Source: an uncultured Actinomycetes bacterium (GTDB lineage: Bacteria > Actinomycetota > UBA4738 > JBBDTT01). Taken from it: 64,000 nucleotides of DNA. The first letter of the stretch is position 1. Every line of letters begins with the position of its first letter. This document shows positions 21,772 to 32,429 of the stretch, in pieces. Below the pieces are notes generated by a model. The model did not search any database. It was not told where the DNA came from and saw nothing but the letters and a program-made list of their open reading frames with translations. The DNA lies in contig CAVUMN010000003.1 of the NCBI GenBank assembly GCA_963742735.1, positions 288,001 to 352,000 of the forward strand. The letters run 5' to 3'. The position numbers and the translations under genes are program-made.

Positions 21772-24269
21772 GTGGAGGCTCGCCCGCTGCGCGTCTGATC
21801 GAGAGCCTTCGGGCTCTCGATCGCGCGTACTCCCGCGGCCATCACGGCCGGTGGTCCGCCCGGCGGCGGGCCTCGCTCGTCGACGAGGCCGTCGTCGAGC
21901 TGTTCCGCGCCGCCCGTGAGGAGGACGGCCCGGAGATGGCCCTCGTCGCGATCGGGGGCTACGGGCGGGGCGAGCTCTGCCCGGCCAGCGACGTCGACCT
22001 GATGGTCCTGCACGGTGAGCGCCGGCCGGACCGGATCCGGGCGGTCGCCGAGCGGCTGTTCTACCCGCTGTGGGACACGGGGTTCGCTCTGGGCCACGCC
22101 GTCCGAAACGTCCGGGAGGCGGTGGCGGAGGCGCGCGCCGGGGTCGACACGGCGACCTCGCTCCTCGAGGCGCGGCTGCTGGCGGGCGGGGAGGGTCTGT
22201 TCGAGGACCTTCGGACGAAGCTCGCCGCCTGGGTGGGGCGCGACCCGGCGGGCTTCGTGACCCGGCTCCTGGCGGCCGACGCCGAGCGCCAGGCCAAGCA
22301 CGGCTCGGCCGCGCACCTGATGGAGCCCGACGTGAAGGAGTCCGCCGGCGGCCTGCGAGACGTCCACTCGGTCGGCTGGGCGGCGCGGGCCCTGGGGCTG
22401 CCGTCCCGCGACGCGCTGGAGGCCGAGGGGCTCATGCGCCGAACCGAGCGGATCGCGCTCGACGACGCCGAGGAGTTCCTGGTGCGGATCCGCAGCGCCC
22501 TGCACCTGGAGGCGGGCAAGCGGGCCGACCGGCTGATCCTGGACCATCAGCCGCGCCTGGCCGCCGAGTTCGGATTCGATGCTACGGCCGGGTTGGACGC
22601 GGCCGACGCGCTGATGCGCTCGCTGTTCGGGCACGCCCGCCACGTGGAGCACGTCCGGGCCGTCGCCTTCGAACGGGTGCTCGCGCGAGCGCGCGGGGCC
22701 GGGCCGGCGGCCTCCACGGGCTGGGCGGGTCGCGCGGACCCCGAGGGCGTGATGGAGGCGTTCGCCGCGTGGGCCGGCGGCGGCCCCCCGCCGTCGGCCG
22801 AGGCCCTCGACGAGCTCGAGCAGCGGCCGTTCGACCCACCCGACCGCTGGAGCGAGCGCACCCTCCGTGCGTTCCTGACGATCCTGCGGGCGGGCGACGC
22901 CGGTGCCCATGCGCTGGAGACGATGGATCGGATCGAGGTCCTGGCGCGCTTCGTGCCGGAGTGGGCGGACGTGCGATGCCGCCCGCAGCGCGACCCGTTC
23001 CACACGTTCACCGTGGACGTCCACCTGATCCGGGCGACCTCTGAGGCCGCCCGCCTGCTCGGCGGGACGACCGGTGACGCCGTCGCTCGCGAGGCCGCCG
23101 CGATCGTCCCCGCCGACCTGCTGCTCCTCGGGGCCTTCCTGCACGACGCAGGGAAGGTTGGCCTCGGCGAGCACGTCTCGACGGGGGTGCAGGTCGCGAA
23201 GCGGGTGCTGCGCCGGATGGGGGTGGAGGGGGACGCGGCGACGACGGTCCGGTTCCTGGTGCACAACCACCTGCTGCTCGCCGACACCGCCACCCGGCGG
23301 GACCTCTCCGACCCGGAGCTCGTCCGCGAGGTCGCCGCGAAGGTGGGCAACGCGGAGCGCCTCGCCCTCCTCTACCTGCTGACCCTGGCCGACGCCAACG
23401 CCACCGGCCCGCACGCCCGCACGCCGTGGCGGCTCGGGCTGATCCGGGAGCTGGTGGCCAAGGTCGAGCGGGTCCTCGAGCACGGGGAGGCCGAGCCGGA
23501 CCACGCCGTCGCCGCCGCCCGGCAGCCCGATCTTCGAGCGGCCCTGGAGGCCGAGGATCCCGACGCCGTGCGGCGCTTCCTGGAGCGGATGCCCGATCGC
23601 TATCTCGCCTCGATCGAGCCCGGCCTGGCGGCCGAGCACCTCCGGCTGGCCGAGCCCGATCCGCAGGCGAACGAGATCCGTACGGCCGTGGGACTCGGCG
23701 CCGGCCGGGGGACGTACCGCCTGGCGGTGGTGGCCCAGGACCGGCCGGGTCTGCTCTCGCTGATCGCGGGCGCCCTCGCCCTGTCGGGGCTGTCGATCCT
23801 CGCCGCCCAGGCCTTCACCACCGACGACGGCCTGGCCCTGGACCTGTTCGAGGTGGAGCCCGCCTTCCACGGCGAGGTCGACGAGGAGCGGTGGCGACGG
23901 TTCCGCTCCGACCTCCGCCATGCCCTCGAGGGCCGGCTGTCCCTGGATACCCGGGTCCGGGAGAAGCAGCGGCACTACCCACCGGCGCGCGCCGACCTCG
24001 AGACCCGTGTCCGTGTCGACAACGAGGCGTCGGCGGGGTTCACCGTCGTCGAGGTGTTCGCCCCCGACCGCGTCGGCCTGCTGTTCCAGGTCACCGACGC
24101 CCTGCACGACCTGGGGCTGGACGTGCACCTGGCCAAAGTGGCGACGTACGGCGCCCGGGTCGTGGACGCCTTCTACGTCCGCGACCTCGAGGGCCGAAAG
24201 CTCGAGGCGCCGGAGCTCGCCGAGGCGGTGCGGGCGGACGTGGAGGCCCGCCTCGTCCACGCGGACTGA
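21772..24269 (+). CDS. glnD: P-II nucleotidyltransferase GlnD; start uncertain, probable indel near 21790
   Basis: AIGGYGRGELCPASDVDL, EPDVKESAGGLRD, HD domain, two ACT domains. Confidence 0.92.
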
Positions 24270-24275
24270 GCCGGA

Positions 24276-24965
24276 TCAGCGAAGGAGCTCGAGCAGGGAG
24301 GCGGCCCACGCGGGCCCCTCGTCCCCCTGCTCGTGCTTGAAGAACGCGAACACGTCGCCGGCCCCGAGCGCAGGCCGCAGCCGTTCCGCCCACGCCGCCA
24401 ACCGGGCGGCGTCGTAGTCCGCACGTCGCAGGCGGACGTACGTGAACGCCCCGTCGGGAAGCTCGTCCACCTCTGCGTCCTCGGTCTCGGTGACCACCCA
24501 GGCCCCGCGCTCGGTGACGATCGGCCGGGCCTCCTCCCACGACGGATGCCGGAACTCGAAGGCCGGGCGCAGCCACGCCGGGAGCCGATCCAGGAAACGT
24601 TTCAAACGGTCCAGGTCGAGCGCGAACCTGGGCGCGCACTGGAACAGAATGCACCCGATCCGGTCCTCCAGCGGCCGAAGCGGGGCGAGGAACGACTCCA
24701 GTGCGTCCTCCGGTGGGTCCAGCGGCCAGTAGTGCGTGATCCGCATGTGGGCCTTGATCGCGAACCCGAACGCCTCCGGGGTCGCCGCCCGCCACGACTC
24801 GATGGTCGCCGGCGAGGGCTCGCGGCGGAACGTGTAGTTGATCTCGACGCTCGGAAGCCGCTCGGCGTAGAAGGCGAGCATCCGCTTCGAGGGGAGGTCC
24901 GGTGGGTAGAAGGCGCCCTTCCACTGCGGATAGGCGAACCCCGAGGTGCCCACGTAGGCCGTCAC
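24276..24965 (-). CDS. DUF72 domain protein
   Basis: VGTSGF..W.G.FYP, VEINYTF, EFRHPSW, YVRLR. Confidence 0.9.
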   Translation of the reverse strand: MTAYVGTSGFAYPQWKGAFYPPDLPSKRMLAFYAERLPSVEINYTFRREPSPATIESWRAATPEAFGFAIKAHMRITHYWPLDPPEDALESFLAPLRPLEDRIGCILFQCAPRFALDLDRLKRFLDRLPAWLRPAFEFRHPSWEEARPIVTERGAWVVTETEDAEVDELPDGAFTYVRLRRADYDAARLAAWAERLRPALGAGDVFAFFKHEQGDEGPAWAASLLELLR

Positions 24966-25003
24966 GCTCCGGCGATTCTGGCACCTCGGGGATAATCCCC
25001 TCC

Positions 25004-25660
25004 ATGGCCGAACCGATAACGATCGAGACGCCCAGGGGTCCCGTGAGCGGGGCCCTGCACCTTCCGACCGGTGTCCGGGCCGTCGCGGTCGTCGCCCACG
25101 GCGCCGGCGTAGCGATGGACGCCCCCCTCCTCGTCGCGTTCGCGGAGGGTCTGGAGGACTCCGGGATGGCGGCGCTGCGGTTCAACTTCCGGTACACGGA
25201 GGAGGGCCGCAAGGCCCCCGACCCGGAGGCGTCGCTCCGGGAGGTCTACCAGGCCGCGTACGAGGCGGCGGTCGAGCGAGTGCCCGGCAAGCCGGTCTAC
25301 GCGTGCGGCAAGTCCATGGGCGGGCGGATCGGCTCGATGGTCGTGGCCGACGGCGCGATCGAGACCGAGGGCCTGGTGTTCATCGGGTATCCGCTGCATC
25401 CACCGGGCAAGCCGGAGCGCCTGCGCAAGGACCACCTCACGAAGATCAGCGCCCGGATGCTCTTCCTCCAGGGCTCGCGGGACCCGTTCGCTCGCAAGGA
25501 GGTGCTGGACCCGCTCATCGAGGAGCTCAAGCCCTGGGCGCGTTTGCACCTGGTGGAGGGCGGGGACCACTCCTGTGTCGTGAAGGGGGTGTCCCAGGAG
25601 GAGACGGGGCACCTCCTCGGCGGACGCGCCGCCCGATTCATCCAGGCCGCCGACCGCTGA
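25004..25660 (+). CDS. alpha/beta hydrolase (KANSL3/Tex30-like)
   Basis: AHGAG, GKSMGGR, GYPLHPPGK, QGSRDPF, GGDH. Confidence 0.88.
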   Translation: MAEPITIETPRGPVSGALHLPTGVRAVAVVAHGAGVAMDAPLLVAFAEGLEDSGMAALRFNFRYTEEGRKAPDPEASLREVYQAAYEAAVERVPGKPVYACGKSMGGRIGSMVVADGAIETEGLVFIGYPLHPPGKPERLRKDHLTKISARMLFLQGSRDPFARKEVLDPLIEELKPWARLHLVEGGDHSCVVKGVSQEETGHLLGGRAARFIQAADR

Positions 25661-25723
25661 ACGAGGCCGCCCGCAGGACCCAGACGAAGGGAACCGCCCG
25701 TCGCCCGGCGAACTCAATCCGCC

Positions 25724-27424
25724 ATGCGCCGAACCCTGAAGCTCTCGATCGCCTTCCTCCTGGCCCTCGCCACGCTCCCCGCCGGAGGGGCGCCGGCGCA
25801 CGCCGCCATCGAGACGCGGCCCGCGGGCCCGTGCCGGTTCACGGCCACCGACATGATGTTCACGTCGTTCGACGGCACGCAGATCGACGCCACCTACTAC
25901 GTCCCGAGCTCAGCCTCGAAACGGCATCCCGAGCCGGCGGTCATGCTCAGCCACGGGTTCGGCGGCTGGCATCGCGGTGAGGGCGACCGGGCGGACCAGC
26001 GGATGCTCGCGTCCCACTGCTACGTGGTCCTCGGGTGGACCGAACGGGGCTTCGGCAACTCCGGCGGCGAGGTCCACCTGCTCTCCCCCGACTACGAGGT
26101 GCGCGACGCACAGGGGCTGGTCGACTGGCTGGCGAGGCGGCCCGAGGTCCTGAAGGACCGCAAGGGCGACCCGCGCGTGGGGATGTTCGGCGGGTCCTAC
26201 GGCGGCGGCATCCAGACCCTCCTGGCGACCCACGATCGCCGGATCGACGCGATCACTCCGCAGGTGACCTGGAACGACCTGCGGTACTCGCTATACCCGA
26301 ACGGCGCGATCAAGCACGGATGGATCAACCTCCTGTTCGCGTCCGGGACGGCCAGTAGCCTCTGCGGGGCCGACTACACGGCGCCCGAGTGCAACGCGGT
26401 CCCGCCGGGCGTGACCTCGGAGCTCGTCCAGCACTACCTGACGTCCACCGTGCTGAACGGCGACTTCGACGGCTCGACCCAGGCCTGGCTTGCGGAGCGG
26501 TCCCCGGTCACGTACGCGGAGAACTGGAAGGTGCCCACGCTGTTCGTGCAGGGGATCGGCGACACCCTGTTCACGCTGAACGAGGCCATCCGCAGCTACC
26601 AGATCGTCCGCCACAACAGGGCGCCGGCCAAGATGATCTTCTTCTCCGGCGGTCACGGGCAGATCGACGACCCCGGCCAGCGGCGCTACATCAACGACCG
26701 GGTGCTCGATTGGTTCCTCCGCCACCTGCGCAAGGATCGCCGCGCCTCCACCGGACCCGCGGTCGAGGTGTACGCGGGCTGGTTGGGCGCGAAGAAGGCG
26801 GCCCGGCGCTTCATTCCGTTCACGGGATGGCCGGTCAGCAAGCCCATCCGCTTCGAGCTGACAACGATCGGCGGCGCGCCGGCTCCGGTGCCCGTCCCCG
26901 GCCTGAGCGCGGTGCCGATCGTCAACAGCGTGGCTCCCACCAGCTACTCCGAGGTGCCGAACTTCCAGTCGGGAGGCGGGCCGAACTCGCCGATCCAGGC
27001 CAGCGACGCCGCGGAACCCCTGACGGCGGCCTCGTTCGAGACCGCGGCGCTCGAGGACGACCTCGCCATGATCGGGTCGCCGCAGGTGCACTTCACGCTG
27101 ACCTCGACCGCGGGCGAGGCGATCGTGTTCTGGAAGATCTACGACGAGGCGCCGGACGGCACGCGGGTCCTCGTCCACAACCTGGTCACGCCGATTCGCG
27201 TGGTGGGCGCGGGTACGTGGCCGGCCACCGAGCCCATCACCACGCCTGTCGAGATCCTGTTGTCGTTCCAGTCGATCGTGCATCACTTCGAGCCGGGCCA
27301 CCGGATCGTCCTGACGGTGTCGACCACCGACACGGCGCACTACGCCAGCCGGATCCCGGCCGTCTACGGGATCGGCGCGGCTCCCGGCGCGGACGGCCTG
27401 CTGACGCTTCCGGTCGCGGGCTAG
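25724..27424 (+). CDS. secreted CocE/NonD (peptidase S15) family hydrolase
   Basis: Signal peptide (AHA); RGFGNSGG, GGSYGG, C-terminal FEPGHRIVL. Confidence 0.85.
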   Translation: MRRTLKLSIAFLLALATLPAGGAPAHAAIETRPAGPCRFTATDMMFTSFDGTQIDATYYVPSSASKRHPEPAVMLSHGFGGWHRGEGDRADQRMLASHCYVVLGWTERGFGNSGGEVHLLSPDYEVRDAQGLVDWLARRPEVLKDRKGDPRVGMFGGSYGGGIQTLLATHDRRIDAITPQVTWNDLRYSLYPNGAIKHGWINLLFASGTASSLCGADYTAPECNAVPPGVTSELVQHYLTSTVLNGDFDGSTQAWLAERSPVTYAENWKVPTLFVQGIGDTLFTLNEAIRSYQIVRHNRAPAKMIFFSGGHGQIDDPGQRRYINDRVLDWFLRHLRKDRRASTGPAVEVYAGWLGAKKAARRFIPFTGWPVSKPIRFELTTIGGAPAPVPVPGLSAVPIVNSVAPTSYSEVPNFQSGGGPNSPIQASDAAEPLTAASFETAALEDDLAMIGSPQVHFTLTSTAGEAIVFWKIYDEAPDGTRVLVHNLVTPIRVVGAGTWPATEPITTPVEILLSFQSIVHHFEPGHRIVLTVSTTDTAHYASRIPAVYGIGAAPGADGLLTLPVAG

Positions 27425-27445
27425 CTCCGCGGGTACCCTCCGTGG

Positions 27446-27712
27446 ATGTCTCCCCGTCGCCATCGGGCGGGACGGGAGCGCCCCGGCCCGCCGCTGCCCC
27501 GGTCCTCGCCGTCGCAGGTCCCGTCCTGGGCGGTCCTGCCGGGCGTGGAGGTGCGCGCGGTGGCCGGCGACAAGCCGTACCGCTGCCCCGGGTGCCAGGG
27601 CGTGATCCCGCCGGGCACGCCGCACCTGGTGATCGTGCCCGCGGATGCTCCCGAGGACCGGCGGCACTGGCACACGCCCTGCTGGCGGCGCGAGCTCAAC
27701 CGGCGGCGGTAG
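27446..27712 (+). CDS. conserved small Zn-finger-like actinobacterial protein
   Basis: KPYRCPGC...HLV...RRHWHTPCW. Confidence 0.75.
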   Translation: MSPRRHRAGRERPGPPLPRSSPSQVPSWAVLPGVEVRAVAGDKPYRCPGCQGVIPPGTPHLVIVPADAPEDRRHWHTPCWRRELNRRR

Positions 27713-27728
27713 GCCGTAGGATCGCGCG

Positions 27729-28094
27729 ATGCTCCGGGCCGAGCTGTGGGAGGACCCCCCAGGACGTTGGAACGGCCGCCTGTCGAGCGACCCTCCTAAG
27801 ATCGTCACCGCCGGATCGCGGGCCGAGTGCCTGGACCGGCTGCTGGACTCGGCCGGGGGCGATCCCGATGCCGCCGTGGTGGTCGAGGAGCGGCCCAGGC
27901 TGGTGGGCGTGGCGGAGGCGGCCGCCATCCTCGGCTGGGACAAGCGCCGGGTGATCACGTACGTGGATCGGGGCCGCTTCCCCGAGCCGCTCGCCCGCCT
28001 CGCCGGGGGGCGGGTGTGGCGCCGCGAGGACGTTCAGGCCTGGGCCGACGCCTGGAAGACCCGGCGGACGAAACGAAAGGGGCCCGGTCCCTAG
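27729..28094 (+). CDS. HTH DNA-binding protein (AlpA-like C-terminus, possible HicB-like N-terminus)
   Basis: LVGVAEAAAILG...GRFPEP...GRVW. Confidence 0.65.
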   Translation: MLRAELWEDPPGRWNGRLSSDPPKIVTAGSRAECLDRLLDSAGGDPDAAVVVEERPRLVGVAEAAAILGWDKRRVITYVDRGRFPEPLARLAGGRVWRREDVQAWADAWKTRRTKRKGPGP

Positions 28095-28112
28095 GACCGG
28101 GCCCTCTCGTTT
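28071..28112. terminator. hairpin between convergent genes
   Basis: AAACGAAAGGGGCCCGGTCC-CTA-GGACCGGGCCCTCTCGTTT. Confidence 0.7.
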
Positions 28113-28126
28113 GGGCGGGTGCCTCG

Positions 28127-28456
28127 TTAGGCGGCCCGATGCATCCGCGACTCGATCTCGGTCGCCTCGTCGGCAGAGCGCCGCGCGTAGGACCCGATCA
28201 GGCCGAGGAACTCGTGCCAGAGGGTGGCCAGTCCGGCCAGCGTGAGACCGGTCATGACCACGTGCACCCACTCGGCCCGCAGAGCTACGCCCCAGGCCGC
28301 GAAGGGGGAGTAGTCGGCGACGAACGCCGCCACGATCCCCAGCACGATCGTCAGGAGCGTCCGAACCCCCTTGGAGAGGTCCGAGGACTCCGTGAACAGA
28401 TCGACAACCTTCGCGATCGCGAGACCGAGCAAAACCACTGTGGCGAACACGTACAT
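28127..28456 (-). CDS. small three-TM membrane protein
   Basis: AAAGGAGGT RBS; three hydrophobic segments. Confidence 0.75.
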   Translation of the reverse strand: MYVFATVVLLGLAIAKVVDLFTESSDLSKGVRTLLTIVLGIVAAFVADYSPFAAWGVALRAEWVHVVMTGLTLAGLATLWHEFLGLIGSYARRSADEATEIESRMHRAA

Positions 28457-28619
28457 GTGCCCACCTCCTTTCATCACGGTTTGACCCGCCGATGGGCTCC
28501 CGGGTTACCGCCGTGGGCTCGAATGGATGACCGGCGGTCAGTGGGCGCATCGCGGTCCGGCTATACTTCCGCGGTCCGAGAAGGCCGCGGGATGCGTCCC
28601 GCCCGAAAGGAGGCTCCAC

Positions 28620-29003
28620 GTGGGTTTGAAGTTCCTGTCGGAGGAGTGGGTCAGCGCCGTCAAGGAGGCCCTGGGGAACAACGAGGCGTTCAAGAACGCC
28701 GCGGGCTCCCAGAGCGCGACGATCCAGCAGGTCGTCAACACTCCTGAGGGCGACGTCAAGTACTACGTCAAGCTGGACGGCGGCAACCTCGAGCTCGCGC
28801 TCGGCGAGGTCGAGGGCGCGGACGCCACGATCACCCAGGATTACGACACGGCGGTCGCGCTGTCCAAGAACGAGCTCACGGGTACCGCCGCGTACATGAG
28901 CGGCAAGCTCAAGGTGTCCGGCGACCTCATGAAGCTGATGGCCATGCAGGGCGCGTTCAACCAGCTCCCCGCCGCCACGGCCAGCCTGGAAGTCGACTAC
29001 TAG
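28620..29003 (+). CDS. SCP2 sterol-binding domain protein
   Basis: FLSEEW...AYMSGKLKVSGDLMKLM; AAAGGAGG RBS. Confidence 0.9.
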   Translation: MGLKFLSEEWVSAVKEALGNNEAFKNAAGSQSATIQQVVNTPEGDVKYYVKLDGGNLELALGEVEGADATITQDYDTAVALSKNELTGTAAYMSGKLKVSGDLMKLMAMQGAFNQLPAATASLEVDY

Positions 29004-29023
29004 GCCGAACGAGAGCAGCGATC

Positions 29024-29049
29024 ACGGCCGGGCCCTCGGGCCCGGCCGT
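29024..29049. terminator. hairpin between convergent genes
   Basis: ACGGCCGGGCCC-TC-GGGCCCGGCCGT followed by TTCGCTT. Confidence 0.65.
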
Positions 29050-29057
29050 TTCGCTTC

Positions 29058-29504
29058 CTAGAAGGCTCCGGGAGCCGGAAGGATGATGAACGTCGCCGAC
29101 GCGCGGGACAGCAGCTTCTCCTCGCCGTCGTAGACCTCGGCCTCGCCGTAGCCCATCCGCTGGCCGGTGTGCAGGGCCCGGCCGCGGGCGATGACCCGCC
29201 CACCCTTCGTCGAGGCCAGGAAGTGGACGTTCAGCTGGGCGGTCCGGTGGGTGAGCCCCGCGCGCAGCCGGGACCGCAGGGCCAGGCCGATCGCCGTGTC
29301 GGCCATCAGCGAGATCACCCCGCCGTGGACGATCCCCTGGGGGTTGAAGTGCTGGGGTTGGAGGTCGAGCACGAGCTCGGAGGTGCCGTCGGCCACGTTG
29401 CCGACGCTGATCCCGACCCACCCGTGGAAGGCCGAGCGGTCGATCCGTTCGCGAAGCTCGGTGAGGTACTGCTCGTCCAGCCCCGAACCGGTGTCCTCGT
29501 CCAT
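29058..29504 (-). CDS. PaaI family thioesterase
   Basis: NPQGIVHGG...ADTA. Confidence 0.9.
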   Translation of the reverse strand: MDEDTGSGLDEQYLTELRERIDRSAFHGWVGISVGNVADGTSELVLDLQPQHFNPQGIVHGGVISLMADTAIGLALRSRLRAGLTHRTAQLNVHFLASTKGGRVIARGRALHTGQRMGYGEAEVYDGEEKLLSRASATFIILPAPGAF

Positions 29505-29525
29505 GCGCTCTCCCTCGTCGGTCCG

Positions 29526-30824
29526 TTAGATGTAGCCGCGGAGCTGTTCCGCACGGTCGACCTTCTCCACCGCGATCGCGTAGGCCGACAGCCGCAGTGG
29601 GATGCCGTCCACGGCCGAGCGCGCGTGGACCTCCTTCCATGACCGAGCCATCGTCTTGTGGAGCTCGTCGTTCACCTTCGTCTCGTCCCAGCGGAACTGC
29701 TGGATGTTCTGGACCCACTCGAAGTACGAGACCGTGACCCCGCCGGCGTTGGCGAGGATGTCGGGGATGACCACGACGCCGCGGTCCTCGAGCACCGCGT
29801 CCGCCGCGGGGGTGACCGGGTGGTTCGCGGCCTCCACCAAGACTCGGGCCCTGATCCGATCGGCGTTGCGTTCGTTGACGACACGGTCGAGGGCGGCCGG
29901 GATCAGCACGTCGACCTCCAGCTCGAGCAGCTCGGGGTTCGTGATCGCGTCGGCCCCGGGGAACCCGCCCACCGAGCGCGTCCCGCGCACGTGGTCGTAC
30001 AGGGCCTGCACGTCGAGACCCTCCCGGTTGTAGATGCCGCCCCCGACGTCGGAGACCGCCACAACCCGTACCCCGAGCGACCCGATCAGGCGCGCCGCCC
30101 AGGAGCCGACGTTGCCGAATCCCTGGATGGCCACGGTGGCCCCGGCCAGGTCGATGTCCAGGTCCCGGGCGGCCTCGCCGAGGACGTCCACCACGCCGCG
30201 ACCCGTCGCCGCGTCGCGTCCGTACGATCCCCCGAGCTCGATGGGTTTCCCGGTGACGATGGCTGGCGTGTATCCGTACCGGGACGAGTAGGCGTCCATC
30301 ATCCAGGCCATGGTCTGCGCGTCGGTGTTCACGTCGGGAGCGGGGATGTCCCGGTTCACGCCGAGGATGTAGGAGATCATCGTCGTGAACCGCCGCGTCA
30401 GTCGCTGCTTCTCCCCGTCACTCATGATCGTCGGCTCGCACTGCACCCCGCCCTTCGCCCCTCCGTAGGGGATGTCCACGACGGCCGTCTTCCAGGTCAT
30501 CAACGCGGCGAGGGCGCGGACCTCGTCGATGTCCGCGTCCGGGTGATACCGGATCCCGCCCTTGTACGGGCCACGCGCCGCGTTGTGCTGGACGCGGTAG
30601 CCGCTGAACACCATCAGCCGGCCGTCGTCCATGCGGACGGGGACCTGCACGGTGAGCTCCCGATACGAGCTGCGGAGGATGTCGCGCATCTCGTCGGAGA
30701 GGTGGATGTGGTCGGCGGCGCGGTCGAAGAAGTGGTTGACCGCCTCGTGCGGGTTCATCTCCTGGGTCGCTGAAAGAGGCTTCGCGCGGGGCGGCGGGTC
30801 GGTCGGGCGAGACTCGGTCTGCAC
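29526..30824 (-). CDS. gdhA: Glu/Leu/Phe/Val dehydrogenase (glutamate dehydrogenase)
   Basis: GPYKGGIRYH, MTWK, PYGGAKGG, QGFGNVG, NAGGVTVSYFEW. Confidence 0.93.
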   Translation of the reverse strand: MQTESRPTDPPPRAKPLSATQEMNPHEAVNHFFDRAADHIHLSDEMRDILRSSYRELTVQVPVRMDDGRLMVFSGYRVQHNAARGPYKGGIRYHPDADIDEVRALAALMTWKTAVVDIPYGGAKGGVQCEPTIMSDGEKQRLTRRFTTMISYILGVNRDIPAPDVNTDAQTMAWMMDAYSSRYGYTPAIVTGKPIELGGSYGRDAATGRGVVDVLGEAARDLDIDLAGATVAIQGFGNVGSWAARLIGSLGVRVVAVSDVGGGIYNREGLDVQALYDHVRGTRSVGGFPGADAITNPELLELEVDVLIPAALDRVVNERNADRIRARVLVEAANHPVTPAADAVLEDRGVVVIPDILANAGGVTVSYFEWVQNIQQFRWDETKVNDELHKTMARSWKEVHARSAVDGIPLRLSAYAIAVEKVDRAEQLRGYI

Positions 30825-30860
30825 GGTGACGGGGAGCGTACGCCGGTGGGCTGGGCCGCG

Positions 30861-31484
30861 CTACGGCTCGGTTCCGTACAGGCGGTCCCCGAAGTCGCCG
30901 AGCCCTGGCAGGATGTAGCCGACGTCGTTGAGCTCCCGGTCGAGCCCCGCGGCGAACACACGAACGTCGGGGTGGTCCCGTTCCAAACGGGCGACCCCTT
31001 CGGGGGCGGCCACCACGCAGATCAGTCTGACCTCGGCCGGCCCCTGGCCCTTGATGCTCGCGATCGCGCGGGCGGCGGACCCCCCGGTCGCGAGCATGGG
31101 GTCCAGGAGCAGGACCCGCTTCCCCGCCACCGGCGGGAGCTTCTCGTAGTACGAGGCGGGCTCCAGCGTGGCGTGATCCCGCTCGAGGCCGATGTAGCCG
31201 ACGGAGACCTCGGGCAGAAGGTCCACCACGGCCTCGAGCATCCCCAGGCCGGCCCGCAGGATCGGCACCGCGACCAGGTCGTCCGGCATCGCCGCGCCCG
31301 GCGTGCGCTCCAGCGGCGTCTCGACCTCGCGCGCGACGGCGGGCACGTCCCGCACCGCCTCCAGGAGCAGCGCGAACGCGAGCCGTTTGGTCAGCGAGCG
31401 GAACTGCGCCGGCGGCGTCCCTCGGTCCCGCAGCTCCGTGAGCAGATGGGTGACCAGGGGGTGATCGACGAGCGTGAACGGCAT
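30861..31484 (-). CDS. upp: uracil phosphoribosyltransferase
   Basis: PILRAGLGM, DPMLATGGS, GYILPGLGDFGDRLYGT. Confidence 0.97.
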   Translation of the reverse strand: MPFTLVDHPLVTHLLTELRDRGTPPAQFRSLTKRLAFALLLEAVRDVPAVAREVETPLERTPGAAMPDDLVAVPILRAGLGMLEAVVDLLPEVSVGYIGLERDHATLEPASYYEKLPPVAGKRVLLLDPMLATGGSAARAIASIKGQGPAEVRLICVVAAPEGVARLERDHPDVRVFAAGLDRELNDVGYILPGLGDFGDRLYGTEP

Positions 31485-32429
31485 CTAGAGGGTCCCGCCC
31501 CCGCCCTCGTAGGCCTTGCCGGCGGCGGCCGGTGGCTGGACCCGCCCGACGAACCCGGCGATGGCGATGATCGTCACGACGTAGGGGATCATTCGGATGA
31601 ACTGCTCGGGGAGCAGTGAGATCACCGGCGCGTCGTTCAGTCGCAGCGGGATGGCCTGGGCGAAGCCGAACAGGATGGCGCCCAGCATCAGCCTCCACGG
31701 CTTCCAGTTGCCGAGGATCAGCGCCGCCAGGGCGATGAACCCGAGCCCCTGCGTCTGGCCCTCCTGGAACGACTGGTTGACCTCGATCGCCATGAAGGCG
31801 CCGGCCAGTCCGGCGAGGGTTCCCGAGATCGCGACGCCCGCGTACCGCAACGGCGCGACGCGCACGCCCAGCGTCCGCGCGGCGTCCGGGTTCTCACCGG
31901 CGGATCGGAGCCTCAGGCCGAACCGTGTGCGGTTCAACACCAGGATCGCCGGCACCGTGATGACGACGGCGAGCAGCACCACCGGGGACATGCCCTGGAA
32001 CGCCCGCCCGAGGCCGAGTGGGAGCGACTCGAGCAGGGGCAGGTCGATCGGCGAGAAGCCGGGGATGCCCGCGTCCGACTGGGTCGGCTGTCCGAAGAAG
32101 AGCTGCGCGAGGAATCTGGCCAGCCCGAGCGCGACCAGGTTGATCACGACACCGGAGACGATGTGATCGACGCGGAACGTGACCGTGGCCAGGGCGTGCA
32201 AGAGCGAAAACACCAACCCCGCCGCCGCGCCGGCCAGCAACCCGACGACCGGGCCCTGCTCGATCGTCCCCCACGCGCCCACGACCGTCCCCACGATGAT
32301 CAGGCCCTCCAGCCCGATGTTCACGATCCCGGAACGTTCGCTGAACAGGCCCCCGAGCCCGGCGAGGAAGATGATCGTGAAGTAGTTGAGCGCGATCGCG
32401 AACGCGGCCCCGAGGTCGAACAGGGGCAT
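31485..32429 (-). CDS. nucleoside ABC transporter permease
   Basis: SERSGIVNIGLEG, GLRLRSAGENP, GFIALAALILGNW. Confidence 0.92.
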   Translation of the reverse strand: MPLFDLGAAFAIALNYFTIIFLAGLGGLFSERSGIVNIGLEGLIIVGTVVGAWGTIEQGPVVGLLAGAAAGLVFSLLHALATVTFRVDHIVSGVVINLVALGLARFLAQLFFGQPTQSDAGIPGFSPIDLPLLESLPLGLGRAFQGMSPVVLLAVVITVPAILVLNRTRFGLRLRSAGENPDAARTLGVRVAPLRYAGVAISGTLAGLAGAFMAIEVNQSFQEGQTQGLGFIALAALILGNWKPWRLMLGAILFGFAQAIPLRLNDAPVISLLPEQFIRMIPYVVTIIAIAGFVGRVQPPAAAGKAYEGGGGTL

